A stretch of 64,000 nt of DNA from an uncultured bacterium (GTDB lineage Bacteria > Omnitrophota > Omnitrophia > Omnitrophales > Abzuiibacteriaceae), in the NCBI GenBank assembly GCA_964387845.1, contig CAYLXA010000003.1, forward strand, positions 64,001 through 128,000, written 5' to 3'. The notes beneath the pieces are model-generated. The model worked only from the letters and a program-made list of their open reading frames with translations, made no database searches and was not told the DNA's origin. Made by a program: the position numbers and the translations under genes. This document shows, piece by piece, positions 39,585 through 49,165 of the stretch. Each line of letters begins with the position of its first letter. Within the stretch, counting starts at the first letter, position 1.

Positions 39585-39690
39585 ATCCCCCCTCACCCCC
39601 TCCGGGCCTAAGGCCCGATAGGGCCGGAGCCTGCCCTCTCCCAAAGGGAGAGGGGAAAAGCTTTGAAGAAGCACCGAAGCGAATTGGATT
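39585..39690. repeat. repeat family 2 copy (CTCCGGGCC...GGCCGGAG plus CCCTCTCCC-AAA-GGGAGAGGG hairpins)
   Basis: Shares both sub-motifs with 5110-5265 and 37845-37900. Confidence 0.55.
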
Positions 39691-39914
39691 CGCATATGAG
39701 AAATCATGTGCGGAAGCATTGGAAAGCCGATGGCCTGCAGCGATTTGTAGGGCAGGAACAGCGGAAGGTGTTCCAATGCCGGAGCGAATAGATTTCTTAC
39801 AATGAATCCACTGAGCGGAGGGCTTCTTCAAAGCTTTAAACGGAGATTGCTTCGACGACAAATAATGCGTCTTCCGCCAAAAAGCGCGGCGGACAGGCGC
39901 AATGACGGTAAATG

Positions 39915-40361
39915 TTAGTCCGCTAATTTGCCGTTTATTTTGACGCGCATCATCTGTCGCCCCCACCGGAGCGCGGCCTTGTGGCCGCCCATGGAATCGG
40001 GAATAAATAAATCAATGTGCCGGCCGCGGATTTTCCCGCCGCGGTCTTTGACCGTAAATTCCGTCCGGTTTTTTAGGATGCTATAAACTTTCCAGAATTC
40101 CCACGGCCACACGCGCATCAACTTGACTTCGGACCCGAACGGCACATTTTTGGAAGCTGCAATGCCGCCCCAGCTTACTTTTTCGCCGTTTGCAAATTTT
40201 CCGTCTCGAAATTCAGGCACATTAATGCAAATCGGGCAATTGCAATACGCTGTCACAATATAAAGATGTTTGCCCCAAAGTTCGTGATAAGAAACAGCGC
40301 CTACCAAAAAAATCAAAAGCCAAGTGATGATTTTGGCTTTCCACTTTTTAATAATGCCCAC
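39915..40361 (-). CDS. 3D-domain (MltA/YuiC-like) cell-wall-associated protein
   Basis: TAYCNCPIC...GGIAAS...KDRGGKIRGRHIDLF matches the 3D domain; N-terminal TM helix. Confidence 0.65.
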   Translation of the reverse strand: MGIIKKWKAKIITWLLIFLVGAVSYHELWGKHLYIVTAYCNCPICINVPEFRDGKFANGEKVSWGGIAASKNVPFGSEVKLMRVWPWEFWKVYSILKNRTEFTVKDRGGKIRGRHIDLFIPDSMGGHKAALRWGRQMMRVKINGKLAD

Positions 40362-40369
40362 GCTTTGCC

Positions 40370-40573
40370 CTATCCGCCGCGTTCTTCAAGCCACGCCATT
40401 TGGATGGCTTCCAGGATCTTTTCGTTGGAGTTTTTGGGATCATCTGAAAAATCGGCAAGCTCGGTGATCCATTTGTGCAAATCGGTAAAACGAACGGTTA
40501 GAGGGTCAATCTCCGGAAATTTCTCTGCCAGCTGGATGCCGATCTCTTCCGTGTCGGTCCATTTAAGTTTCAT
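40370..40573 (-). CDS. iscX: Fe-S assembly protein IscX
   Basis: 67 aa, [36 protein letters not shown]...[16 protein letters not shown] is near-collinear with IscX/YfhJ. Confidence 0.8.
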   Translation of the reverse strand: MKLKWTDTEEIGIQLAEKFPEIDPLTVRFTDLHKWITELADFSDDPKNSNEKILEAIQMAWLEERGG

Positions 40574-40938
40574 CAGTGCGACCCCGAAATTTGGTTGATT
40601 GTATATTTCGGAATTTCGACGATAATTTCACCGCCCTTAACGACCGACTGGCATGCAAGACGCGAAGACAGCGTGGCACCGGATGCTTTATCAACCAAAT
40701 CCGCTTCACGGTCTTCCATTTCGGTCAAATTCTCCATGCCTTTTTTGATAATGATGTGGCATGTGGTACAGGCACAATTGCCGCCGCAGGCGTGTTCTAA
40801 ATCGATGCCGTTTGCAAGCGCGATAGACAAAATGGAACCCGGCTCGCCATCGTGGCCTGTTACGGGGGTGTTGGAATCTACCTCGACGGTTTTATTGAGA
40901 GGAAGAAAAGTAACTTTTGCTTTAGCCATTTTGGTCAA
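40573..40938 (-). CDS. fdx: [2Fe-2S] ferredoxin of the ISC system
   Basis: [11 protein letters not shown]...C adrenodoxin-type cysteine motif; ATGA overlap with iscX. Confidence 0.85.
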   Translation of the reverse strand: MTKMAKAKVTFLPLNKTVEVDSNTPVTGHDGEPGSILSIALANGIDLEHACGGNCACTTCHIIIKKGMENLTEMEDREADLVDKASGATLSSRLACQSVVKGGEIIVEIPKYTINQISGSH

Positions 40939-42742
40939 TCCGTTTTCCGACGACCGACTTTTTCAATACGTCATTCATCACAATTTCGGCCAAATGTTCG
41001 GTAGTTTTATTTAAAATTTCGGTCGCGTCTTTGATTTTTTTCCGGTCATTGCCGGAAAGCTCTGTTTTTAAGACCTGAAGTGCATCTTCGATCTTTTTCT
41101 TTTCTTCTTTTGAAACTGCACTACCAGCCTGCACGAGTCCCTTTTCCGTCGCGCGGATAATCAAATCTGCTTCATTCTTAGCATCGATTAAAAGATGCGC
41201 GTCGAAATCTTCTTTGGCTTTCGAGTAAGATTCCTGAACGATATTCTGAATTTCCTGTTCTGTCAATCCATAGGTGGGTTTCACCTCGATCGACTGCTCC
41301 TTACCGTTTCGTTGGTCTTTTGCCTTCACCTGCAAAATTCCGTTTTCATCAATTAAAAACGTAACCTCAATGCGCGGCATACCGGCCTGCATCGGCTCAA
41401 TTCCCTTTAATTGAAACCGCGCAAGACTCCGGCAGTCCTTCGCCAGTTCGCGCTCGCCCTGAACAATGTGAATATCGACCGAAGTTTGGCCGTCTACGAA
41501 AGTTGTGAACACATCGTTGGCACGTGCCGGGATCGTTGAATTCCGCTCGATGATCCTTGCTACCGCACCGCCGTAAGTTTCGATTCCAAGACTGAGCGGG
41601 GTAACATCCAGCAGCAGCATGTCTTTCAGCTGCCCCGTTAAAATATGAGCTTGCACGGCAGCGCCCAAAGCCACAACTTCATCGGGATTCAAGTCGCAGT
41701 GCGGCTCTTTTTCGAATATTCCCTTTACGATTTCTCTGACGATCGGCATGCGCGTCGAGCCGCCGACTAAAATCACTTCATCAATGTCGCTTGCGGAAAG
41801 TTCGGCGTCTTTGAGCGCCTGCTTGCACGGCTTGACGGTCCGTTCCACAATCGGCCTGATGATGGTTTCGAATTCTTTGCGTGTGAGAAAATACTCAAAG
41901 CTCATTTCGGAATTTTTGATTTGAATCGTGGCTTTTTCTTTTATCGAAAGCTCTATTTTTGCCTTCTCGGCCGTTTCGACAATAAGTTGTGTTAACTCCG
42001 GGTTGCCGGCAGCTTTGCTTCCGATTTTTTCGATCAGCATTTGCGCAAGCTTCCAATCCACATCGTCACCGCCCAAATGCGTATCGCCTGCGGTGGCAAG
42101 GACTTCGAAAATTCCGTCATGCAGGTTTAAAATCGAAATATCAAACGTGCCACCGCCCAAATCGTAAACCGCGATTTTGCCGCGGTCTTTTTTATGAAGC
42201 CCGTAAGCAAGGCTCGCCGCGGTCGGTTCGTTAATGATCCGCATCACGTGAAACCCGGCAATTTTCCCCGCGTCTTTTGTGGCTTGCCGCTCTGAATCAT
42301 TAAAATAGGCCGGAACCGTAATGACGGCAGATTTAACGGGTGATTTGAAGAAGGTTTCTGCGCGGGTTTTCAAATTTTTAAGCACAAGCGCCGAAATTTC
42401 CGGAGGTGTTAAAAGCTGATCACCCAATTTGATTCGAATAATTTTTTCATCCGAAAGATCGACGGGATACGGAATGTATTCGGATTTCAAATCGACTTCG
42501 CGCGAGCCTTTTCCCATGAGACGTTTAACGCTCGAAATGGTTAAAGCCGGCTTCGAAACACGCTGATGTTTGGCTTCGTTACCAACCAAAATTTCGCCTT
42601 TCGCGCCGATCGAAACAACGGACGGCAGCAGGATGGTTTTCTTTGAATCCGGAATCGCTTTCGGTTTTCCGGATTCATCCACATAAGCTGCAACGCTAAA
42701 TGTTGTTCCTAAATCAATGCCGATGACTGGTTCCATAATCAA
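40922..42742 (-). CDS. hscA: Fe-S chaperone HscA (Hsp70 family)
   Basis: [29 protein letters not shown] Hsp70 motifs in an isc-operon context. Confidence 0.9.
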   Translation of the reverse strand: MIMEPVIGIDLGTTFSVAAYVDESGKPKAIPDSKKTILLPSVVSIGAKGEILVGNEAKHQRVSKPALTISSVKRLMGKGSREVDLKSEYIPYPVDLSDEKIIRIKLGDQLLTPPEISALVLKNLKTRAETFFKSPVKSAVITVPAYFNDSERQATKDAGKIAGFHVMRIINEPTAASLAYGLHKKDRGKIAVYDLGGGTFDISILNLHDGIFEVLATAGDTHLGGDDVDWKLAQMLIEKIGSKAAGNPELTQLIVETAEKAKIELSIKEKATIQIKNSEMSFEYFLTRKEFETIIRPIVERTVKPCKQALKDAELSASDIDEVILVGGSTRMPIVREIVKGIFEKEPHCDLNPDEVVALGAAVQAHILTGQLKDMLLLDVTPLSLGIETYGGAVARIIERNSTIPARANDVFTTFVDGQTSVDIHIVQGERELAKDCRSLARFQLKGIEPMQAGMPRIEVTFLIDENGILQVKAKDQRNGKEQSIEVKPTYGLTEQEIQNIVQESYSKAKEDFDAHLLIDAKNEADLIIRATEKGLVQAGSAVSKEEKKKIEDALQVLKTELSGNDRKKIKDATEILNKTTEHLAEIVMNDVLKKSVVGKRIDQNG

Positions 42743-43311
42743 CTTTCAAGCGCGGTTTCAACCGTTTGGCGCGCCGTTTCTAAATATTTTCGCTCGTGAA
42801 TCAATTTTTGAATTTCTAACGCAAGATTTTCATGCTTCGACCCGCCGGAGTCCCATTCGCGGAATATATCCTGAAGTCTTTCTTCAACGTTTTTGATTTT
42901 ACCCTGCACGGTTTTAAGCGACTCGTTCAGTCCTTGCTCAATCGCTTTCAATTCCTCGGCAGAAACGTTGGATTGCTTTGCTTGCTTCAAGTTATCCACA
43001 TGCTCTTGAATTTCAAACATCTCCGCCAAAAGCTCGGGGGGTGTTTTTTGATCCGTATTCTTTTTGGAAAAACCCTCAATATCCATCATATAACCCGCAC
43101 GAAGCCAAGGATCTTTGATGGTTTCGTAGGCTTTGTTAAGGACGGATGACTGTTCAAGCGCGTTTTGCTTTTCCTGCGGCGTTGCCTGCTGATGATAATC
43201 GGGGTGAAGTTTTTTGGACAGTTCGTAGAATTTTTTTTCGAGCGATTTGGTATCGACCGTTAATTTTTTAGGAAAGCCGAAAAAAGTGAAATAATCCAAA
43301 GTTTTATCCAT
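42739..43311 (-). CDS. hscB: co-chaperone HscB
   Basis: J-domain with HPD (KKLHPDYH) plus a C-terminal helical domain. Confidence 0.8.
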   Translation of the reverse strand: MDKTLDYFTFFGFPKKLTVDTKSLEKKFYELSKKLHPDYHQQATPQEKQNALEQSSVLNKAYETIKDPWLRAGYMMDIEGFSKKNTDQKTPPELLAEMFEIQEHVDNLKQAKQSNVSAEELKAIEQGLNESLKTVQGKIKNVEERLQDIFREWDSGGSKHENLALEIQKLIHERKYLETARQTVETALES

Positions 43312-43338
43312 GCGAATATCATAGAAAATTTGGGCAGA

Positions 43339-43686
43339 TTAAACCGAAAAGGACTCGCCGCAGCCGCAGCTTTTGGAGGCGTTTGGATTGACGAATTTAA
43401 ATCCGCGGCCTTCAAGGCCGTCTACGAAATCAAGATGAGTGCCGTTCAAATATAAATAGCTCTTAGGATCGACAAACACTTTGACGCCGTTGAAATCAAA
43501 TTCGTTATCGCCCTGCTGTTTCTTATCGAATGCCATATTGTAGGACAAGCCCGAACAGCCGCCGCCCTTGACGCCGAGTCTTAAGCCTAATTCGGCGTTA
43601 TTTTGCTTTTCGAGCAGCCGTTTTACTTCTGCTTGGGCAGATTCGGTGAGAACAACACTGCCCGATGTTTTTTCTGTTTTATCCAT
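43339..43686 (-). CDS. iscA: Fe-S carrier IscA (HesB family)
   Basis: GGGCSGLSY...GCGESF cysteine motifs; start set at MDKTEK. Confidence 0.85.
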   Translation of the reverse strand: MDKTEKTSGSVVLTESAQAEVKRLLEKQNNAELGLRLGVKGGGCSGLSYNMAFDKKQQGDNEFDFNGVKVFVDPKSYLYLNGTHLDFVDGLEGRGFKFVNPNASKSCGCGESFSV

Positions 43687-44089
43687 GAGACACCTTACTT
43701 TCCGCCTGCAAATCTGATTTCTTTTTATAGTCTGAAATGGCTGCTTTGATCGCATCTTCGGCCAAAACCGAACAATGGATCTTAATCGGAGGAAGCGACA
43801 ATTCCTTCACGATATCCGTATTCTTAATCTTGAGCGCATCCTCTACGGTTTTGCCCTTGATCCATTCCGTTGCAAGACTTGATGATGCGATCGCGGAACC
43901 GCAGCCGAACGTTTTGAACTTCGCATCTTCTATAATTCCCTTTTCGTTGACGCGGATCTGCAGTTTCATCACGTCACCGCACTCCGGAGCGCCAACCACA
44001 CCAGTGCCGACATCCTTCGACGTTTTTTCGAAACTCCCGACATTTCGCGGGTTATTGTAGTGATCTAAAACTTTGTCTGAATAAGCCAT
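43679..44089 (-). CDS. iscU: Fe-S scaffold IscU
   Basis: GAPECGDVM, FKTFGCGSAIASSS and HCSVLA motifs; SD gggaga before the MAYSDK start. Confidence 0.9.
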   Translation of the reverse strand: MAYSDKVLDHYNNPRNVGSFEKTSKDVGTGVVGAPECGDVMKLQIRVNEKGIIEDAKFKTFGCGSAIASSSLATEWIKGKTVEDALKIKNTDIVKELSLPPIKIHCSVLAEDAIKAAISDYKKKSDLQAESKVSHG

Positions 44090-44100
44090 TTTATTCTCCC

Positions 44101-45327
44101 TTAATGCGACCCGGTCCACTGGACCGATTTAATGTCTACGCCTTCTTTAAACATTTCATACAGCGGTGATAATTCGCGAAGCCGCGAAACCACTTTCACC
44201 ACTTTTTCAATCGTATAATCGACTTCTTCCTGAGTATTAAACCGGCCCAAGCCGAAACGAATCGATGTGTGCGCCAAATCTTCGCCGACACCGAGCGCTT
44301 TCAATACATAAGAAGGCTCGAGACTTGCTGATGTGCAAGCAGAGCCCGATGAAACCGCGATTTCTTCGTTGATGCCCATCAAGAGCGATTCGCCTTCCAC
44401 AAATGCGAAACTGATATTCAGATTTCCGGGAAGCCTTTTCTCTAAACTTCCGTTTAAATAAACTTCTTCCAACTTTGCGTTGATTCCGTTCCGCAAACGC
44501 TCACGCAATTCGAGTAATCTCTTCGATTCTTGCGGCATATCCTGAACCGCAATTTCGATCGCTTTTCCGAATCCGACAATTCCGGGAACATTCAAAGTGC
44601 CTGAGCGCATGCCTCGCTCATGGCCACCGCCGTGAATAATGGGCGACAATCTCACGCGCGGGTTCTTCTTTCTGACGTAAAGCGCCGCGATGCCTTTTGG
44701 GCCGTACATTTTATGCGCCGATACCGACAATAAATCAACGCCCATCGCTTGAACATCCACCGGGATTTTCCCGACGGCTTGCACGGCATCACAGTGAAAC
44801 AGAATTCCTTTTTCCTTCGCGATTTTCCCGATTTCTGCGACCGGCTGCACAACGCCGATTTCATTATTAGCATGCATAATCGAAATCAAAATTGTCTTGT
44901 CGGTAATCGCCGCTTTTAATTCATCCAACCGAATCAAACCGTCTTTTCCGACCGGCAAATAAGTAACCTGAATGCCTTGGCTTTCCAAATATTTACAGGT
45001 ATCAAGAACGCATTTATGTTCGATCACGCTCGTAATAATATGATTGCCGCGCTCCTTGTACATATCCGCGACACCCTTGATTGCAAGGTTGTTGGATTCT
45101 GTAGCGCCGCTCGTGAAAATAATTTCTTTCGCATCGATCGCGTTAATTGTTTTTGCGATTTTCTCGCGCGCAGCTTCAACAGCAGCCTCAGCGTGCCAGC
45201 CGAACGGATGATTGCGGCTTGCCGCATTTCCGAATTCATTTTTCAAATATGGGAGCATGGCTTCGAGCACACGCGGATCGACCGGCGTTGTTGCTTGATT
45301 GTCCATATAAATCGGTAATTTCACCAT
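44101..45327 (-). CDS. iscS: cysteine desulfurase IscS
   Basis: Class V aminotransferase; SGSACTS active-site Cys loop, SAHK PLP lysine. Confidence 0.9.
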   Translation of the reverse strand: MVKLPIYMDNQATTPVDPRVLEAMLPYLKNEFGNAASRNHPFGWHAEAAVEAAREKIAKTINAIDAKEIIFTSGATESNNLAIKGVADMYKERGNHIITSVIEHKCVLDTCKYLESQGIQVTYLPVGKDGLIRLDELKAAITDKTILISIMHANNEIGVVQPVAEIGKIAKEKGILFHCDAVQAVGKIPVDVQAMGVDLLSVSAHKMYGPKGIAALYVRKKNPRVRLSPIIHGGGHERGMRSGTLNVPGIVGFGKAIEIAVQDMPQESKRLLELRERLRNGINAKLEEVYLNGSLEKRLPGNLNISFAFVEGESLLMGINEEIAVSSGSACTSASLEPSYVLKALGVGEDLAHTSIRFGLGRFNTQEEVDYTIEKVVKVVSRLRELSPLYEMFKEGVDIKSVQWTGSH

Positions 45328-45329
45328 GT

Positions 45330-45851
45330 TTACCCCTTCAAAGATTTTTTGGCCGATTTCACTGCGGTTTTGCTGCGGCCGTTATTTTCAACATCCAATA
45401 AATTAAAAGTTGATAAATTCCATTGCTTTTGCAAGTCATCCTCACCTTCGGCGAGCGACGCGAGCGTTACGCTGCTGCAAAAATCATCGATCAATTGCTT
45501 CAGCTTCCGCCAAAACGGCCGGACGCTACAGCTTGAGAAATGCTGGCAAACAATCCGTTCGCGAAGCCTCGGCGAACAAAACACTTCAAATATGTCGCCT
45601 TCTACCGATTCAATAACTTGCTTCAATGTGATTTGTTCGGGTTCTTTTGCAAGCACAAACCCGCCGTAAATTCCCTTAACACTTTTGATAATGCCGCCCT
45701 TGCGGAGCTTCACGAAAATCTGTTCTACATAATCCTTGGGCAGATGTTCGGCATCGGACACTTCCGAAACCGAAATCGGGTTGCCGTTTGCATGATCGCA
45801 AAGGTACTTTAAACTGACTAATGCGTATTCGCTTTTGGTGGTTAGCTTCAT
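45330..45851 (-). CDS. iscR: Rrf2-family regulator IscR
   Basis: Rrf2 HTH ([12 protein letters not shown]) and C-x-x-C/C spacing; SD aagga before MKLTT. Confidence 0.75.
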   Translation of the reverse strand: MKLTTKSEYALVSLKYLCDHANGNPISVSEVSDAEHLPKDYVEQIFVKLRKGGIIKSVKGIYGGFVLAKEPEQITLKQVIESVEGDIFEVFCSPRLRERIVCQHFSSCSVRPFWRKLKQLIDDFCSSVTLASLAEGEDDLQKQWNLSTFNLLDVENNGRSKTAVKSAKKSLKG

Positions 45852-45981
45852 AGATTTATCCTTAAACCCGCAAAACCCACTAAAATTGTACAATATATGA
45901 CTGTTTTAATCAAGATTTATTAAAAAAGTCTCAAAATTTATCTTAAGTTGTTTAATTATAATAATTTATAACTATTACGAA

Positions 45982-46551
45982 TTATTCTAAAGCAGCTTCG
46001 ATTTGACGTTTTACAGAGAGAAAATCAGGATCCGAAATTTTCGCTGCCGGCTCGCGGACTTCTAAAAAACGGTCCAATTCTACCCATGATTTACAGCCGG
46101 CATACTGAGAAGTCATTGAAATAATGTGCGGGTACAAAAGCTCAAAAGTACGGACCAAAATCAGATAAATTCCCTTCTCTTTTCCATAATGAAAACGCTT
46201 TTCAATCTCCCGGTCAGACCAAATGTGAAACGGTGAAATGTGCGGAATTCGTTTTTCGTCCGAAACGCGGAATATTTTTTCAACTTTCACATAATACCGA
46301 AGCGCTGCCTGATCAGGCTCTCCTCGATTTTGGATTACCTGCTTCAAATCTTCATGAAATGCGGATTTCAAATCAGCCGGCTCCTGATGTTCATAAGTGG
46401 GAAACAGGAAAAACTCTTCGTGTTCTACGCGAAATTCTCTATTTTTTTCCTGAATGCCGCCCTTGCGCAAAATAATGCTTTGCTTGCCCTGTGCCAGCGC
46501 GTTGATCACAACGGCCCATTCTTTGAATGCGTTTTTGTTTTCGGCAAGCAT
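45982..46551 (-). CDS. hypothetical protein (DUF1802-like)
   Basis: KEWAVVINALAQGKQSIILRKGGI...FPTYEHQ resembles the DUF1802 N-terminus (recalled from memory). Confidence 0.4.
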   Translation of the reverse strand: MLAENKNAFKEWAVVINALAQGKQSIILRKGGIQEKNREFRVEHEEFFLFPTYEHQEPADLKSAFHEDLKQVIQNRGEPDQAALRYYVKVEKIFRVSDEKRIPHISPFHIWSDREIEKRFHYGKEKGIYLILVRTFELLYPHIISMTSQYAGCKSWVELDRFLEVREPAAKISDPDFLSVKRQIEAALE

Positions 46552-46555
46552 TGAT

Positions 46556-46918
46556 TTACTTCAAATATTTTTTAATGATTTTCGGAAGAGTTTTTGAAAA
46601 TGCGGATTTGGGAAGCACGGAATCACAGCCTGCGGATTCGGCACGGGCTTTTTCAGCTTCCATGACATGCGGAATAAATGCCACGATCGGAAAACTCGGG
46701 TCGCGGTCTTTGATGTCGCCGATGTGTTTATAAATCCACTCGGAATCGGTCCCCGACAAATCCAAAATCAAAAGGAAAGGTTTAAAATTACGGACAATCT
46801 GCGCCAAATGCTCGCCGCGCGTCACAAACTCGCACCGTGCACCTTCGGCTTTGGCGGCCAGTTCGATTTGGGATTGAAAAAAAAGATCATTGACTGCAAC
46901 CAGAACCAAATCATCCAT
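46556..46918 (-). CDS. atypical CheY-like receiver domain protein
   Basis: Receiver fold with LILDLS Asp and conserved Lys, but the acidic pocket reads ND instead of DD. Confidence 0.5.
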   Translation of the reverse strand: MDDLVLVAVNDLFFQSQIELAAKAEGARCEFVTRGEHLAQIVRNFKPFLLILDLSGTDSEWIYKHIGDIKDRDPSFPIVAFIPHVMEAEKARAESAGCDSVLPKSAFSKTLPKIIKKYLK

Positions 46919-46936
46919 CTCGGCACCCGATAAGCG

Positions 46937-47533
46937 TCAAAACAAACTGGTAGGAAATGCGGTTTCTTTCTTGGCCGTTTCAGCTTCCGACCAATTCACG
47001 GGAACTTCATACTTTTGCCAATCGCGCGTCGAAATAAAGTACACTTTGTTTTTCTTTTTCCCGTACTCGTACAAATCTTTTGTGATCCGGACGTCATCCA
47101 GGCAATATTTTTTGAGCAGATCCATCTGACCTCGCTTGTACATTTCAACCGCATCAATACCTTGCCCGCTTTTGCTGATTTCGAGGCTCGCTTGCGCCAA
47201 ACTCTGAAGACTGACGCGATGGCCCCGGACCCGCTCGATCTCATCCAGCAAATCCAAGACCGGAATAGAGTCGGCTTGTGTAAACAGATAAGGCTGCAGG
47301 ACAGGCAAATCAAACCGACGGATATTAAACCCGATAAGAAGGTCGCAAGATTTTAGCCGTTCTTCCAATTGATGAATTTCCCGCTCTTCGTAGCAGACAT
47401 ATTCATCCGTCAGATAATCGTAAGTGCCCACTACCGACACTTTGAGCTTATGAAGATTTTGCCTTCCGACTTCGTCGAAGGTTTTTTGGGTTTCCAGATC
47501 GAGAACTAAAATATTAGGGCGATGTTTAGACAT
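46937..47533 (-). CDS. RNase H-like 3'-5' exonuclease (PolB-exo-like, PF10108-type)
   Basis: ILVLDLETQ (DxE) motif plus downstream acidic residues; start taken at the internal MSKHRP. Confidence 0.5.
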   Translation of the reverse strand: MSKHRPNILVLDLETQKTFDEVGRQNLHKLKVSVVGTYDYLTDEYVCYEEREIHQLEERLKSCDLLIGFNIRRFDLPVLQPYLFTQADSIPVLDLLDEIERVRGHRVSLQSLAQASLEISKSGQGIDAVEMYKRGQMDLLKKYCLDDVRITKDLYEYGKKKNKVYFISTRDWQKYEVPVNWSEAETAKKETAFPTSLF

Positions 47534-47598
47534 GAATAACGGATAGTGTTGCAAAAAAAATCTCAAAACTCAAGTATAAATTCGGGAAATTACGGCGA

Positions 47599-47627
47599 TT
47601 GACAAAAAAGCTTTGCTTCATTATATT
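47599..47627 (+). promoter_or_regulatory. sigma70 promoter for the S-box leader
   Basis: TTGACA - 17 nt - TATATT immediately upstream of the riboswitch. Confidence 0.55.
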
Positions 47628-47635
47628 ATCCGCTC

Positions 47636-47806
47636 GTATATCTTCTTATTGCGAGCGGTTGTCTCCATGAAATGCGTGATTTGGAGGCATCTTCGCCCAA
47701 AAGGCGGAGAAATTGAGGGACAGGCCCTATGAAACCGCGGCAACCAATTCGCTCAAAAGCAGGCGAATCCGGTGCCAACTCCTGAGAGCTGATGATTACT
47801 AGAAGC
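47636..47806 (+). ncRNA. SAM-I (S-box) riboswitch
   Basis: cttcttat... ggcggag...gagggacaggccctatgaaaccgcggcaacc...ggtgccaactcctgagagc...agaag matches the SAM-I conserved core (GGNGGAGGGACUGGCCCGAUGAAACCCGGCAACC...GGUGCCAAUUCCUGCA). Confidence 0.75.
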
Positions 47807-47841
47807 CCGGCTCTAAAATAAGGGGAGGAAAAGTTTTGATT

Positions 47842-47880
47842 AAACCTCTTCTTGAATGCTCAAGAAAGAGGTTTTTTTAT
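47842..47880 (+). terminator. riboswitch expression-platform intrinsic terminator
   Basis: aaacctcttcttg-aatgct-caagaaagaggttt followed by tttttatttt, then RBS taggggg and the ATG at 47899. Confidence 0.7.
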
Positions 47881-47898
47881 TTTTAGGGGGTTTTACAA

Positions 47899-49128
47899 AT
47901 GAGTTTTGTCAGAGGCCTTAAGTGCCGCGAATGCGGAAAAATTTACCCGAAGCAGGCGCTCTATGTTTGCGAATTTTGCTTTGGTTCTTTGGAAGTTGAC
48001 TACGATTACGACGCGATTAAAAAAGCCGTCACACGTGAAAAAATCGAAAAAGGCCCCAGGAGCCTTTGGCGCTACAAAGCGCTTCTTCCCATAGACAACG
48101 AACCGACGGTCGGATTTCATTCGGGATTTACGCCGCTCGTGAAAGCCAACCAACTTGCCAAAACTTTGGGTGTTTCCGAGCTGTATATTAAAGACGATAC
48201 CGTTTGCCATCCGACATTTTCATTCAAAGACCGCGTCGTATCCGTTGCGCTCTCGAAAGCCCGCGAGCTCGGTTTCGATACGGTTTCCTGCGCTTCGACC
48301 GGAAACTTGGCGAACTCGGTTGCGGCCCACGCCGCCGCCGCAGGATTGAAGCGCTACATCTTTATCCCTCACGATTTGGAATACGCCAAAGTGCTCGGCA
48401 GTTTGATTTATCAGCCCAATTTAATTGCCGTGAAAGGCAATTATGACGACGTGAACCGGCTTTGTTCTGAAATCGCAGGCAAATACAAATGGGCTTTTGT
48501 GAACGTCAATATTCGCCCTTACTACGCGGAAGGTTCCAAAACTTTCGGATATGAAATAGCCGAACAGCTCGGCTGGAAAACGCCGAAGCATTTAGTCTGC
48601 CCGGCCGCAAGCGGTTCGCTGCTCACCAAAATCTGGAAAGCGTTTAAAGAATTTCACAAACTGGGATTCATCGAAAAACCGGAAACGAAGCTTTATTGCG
48701 CGCAGCCCGAAGGCTGTTCGCCGATTTCGGCTGCGATTAAAAATAAATCGGATGCGATCAAGCCTGTCAAGCCGAACACGATCGCCAAGTCGCTTGCGAT
48801 CGGAAATCCGGCGGATGGTTATTATGCCAAAGATGCCGTTTTGGAATCAGGCGGCGCTTCGATGATCGCCACAGACGATGAAATCCGGGAAGCGATTAAA
48901 CTGCTGGCGCAAACCGAAGGCATTTTCACGGAAACCGCGGGCGGCGTTACGGTTGCGTGCGCGAAAAAATTGATCGAACAGGGCGTCATTCCAAAAAATG
49001 AATCCATTGTGATTTCAATCACCGGAAACGGGCTCAAAACACAAGGCGCCATCCGGGATTCTGTCGGAGAGCCATCAATGATCGAGCCGAACTTAAAATC
49101 ATTTGAATCGATTCTGAACAAAAAATAA
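47899..49128 (+). CDS. threonine-synthase-family PLP enzyme with N-terminal zinc ribbon (ThrC, or MetM-like homocysteine synthase)
   Basis: CRECG...CEFCFGSL ribbon; SFKDR PLP-lysine motif; fold-type II PLP core. Confidence 0.8.
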   Translation: MSFVRGLKCRECGKIYPKQALYVCEFCFGSLEVDYDYDAIKKAVTREKIEKGPRSLWRYKALLPIDNEPTVGFHSGFTPLVKANQLAKTLGVSELYIKDDTVCHPTFSFKDRVVSVALSKARELGFDTVSCASTGNLANSVAAHAAAAGLKRYIFIPHDLEYAKVLGSLIYQPNLIAVKGNYDDVNRLCSEIAGKYKWAFVNVNIRPYYAEGSKTFGYEIAEQLGWKTPKHLVCPAASGSLLTKIWKAFKEFHKLGFIEKPETKLYCAQPEGCSPISAAIKNKSDAIKPVKPNTIAKSLAIGNPADGYYAKDAVLESGGASMIATDDEIREAIKLLAQTEGIFTETAGGVTVACAKKLIEQGVIPKNESIVISITGNGLKTQGAIRDSVGEPSMIEPNLKSFESILNKK

Positions 49129-49165
49129 CGTATACTATCCAGACTTCACAAGGAGACAATAAATC

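Noticed and set aside
39583-39966. 127-aa ORF overlapping the family-2 repeat and the 3' end of the 3D-domain gene
   Set aside because: Its sequence is dominated by the translated GC-rich palindrome (PGGGEGG, SPFGRGQAP), it has no RBS, and it overlaps a real gene; spurious
44652-45401. Small ORFs on both strands inside iscS and iscR
   Set aside because: Embedded in highly conserved genes; no RBS; shadows
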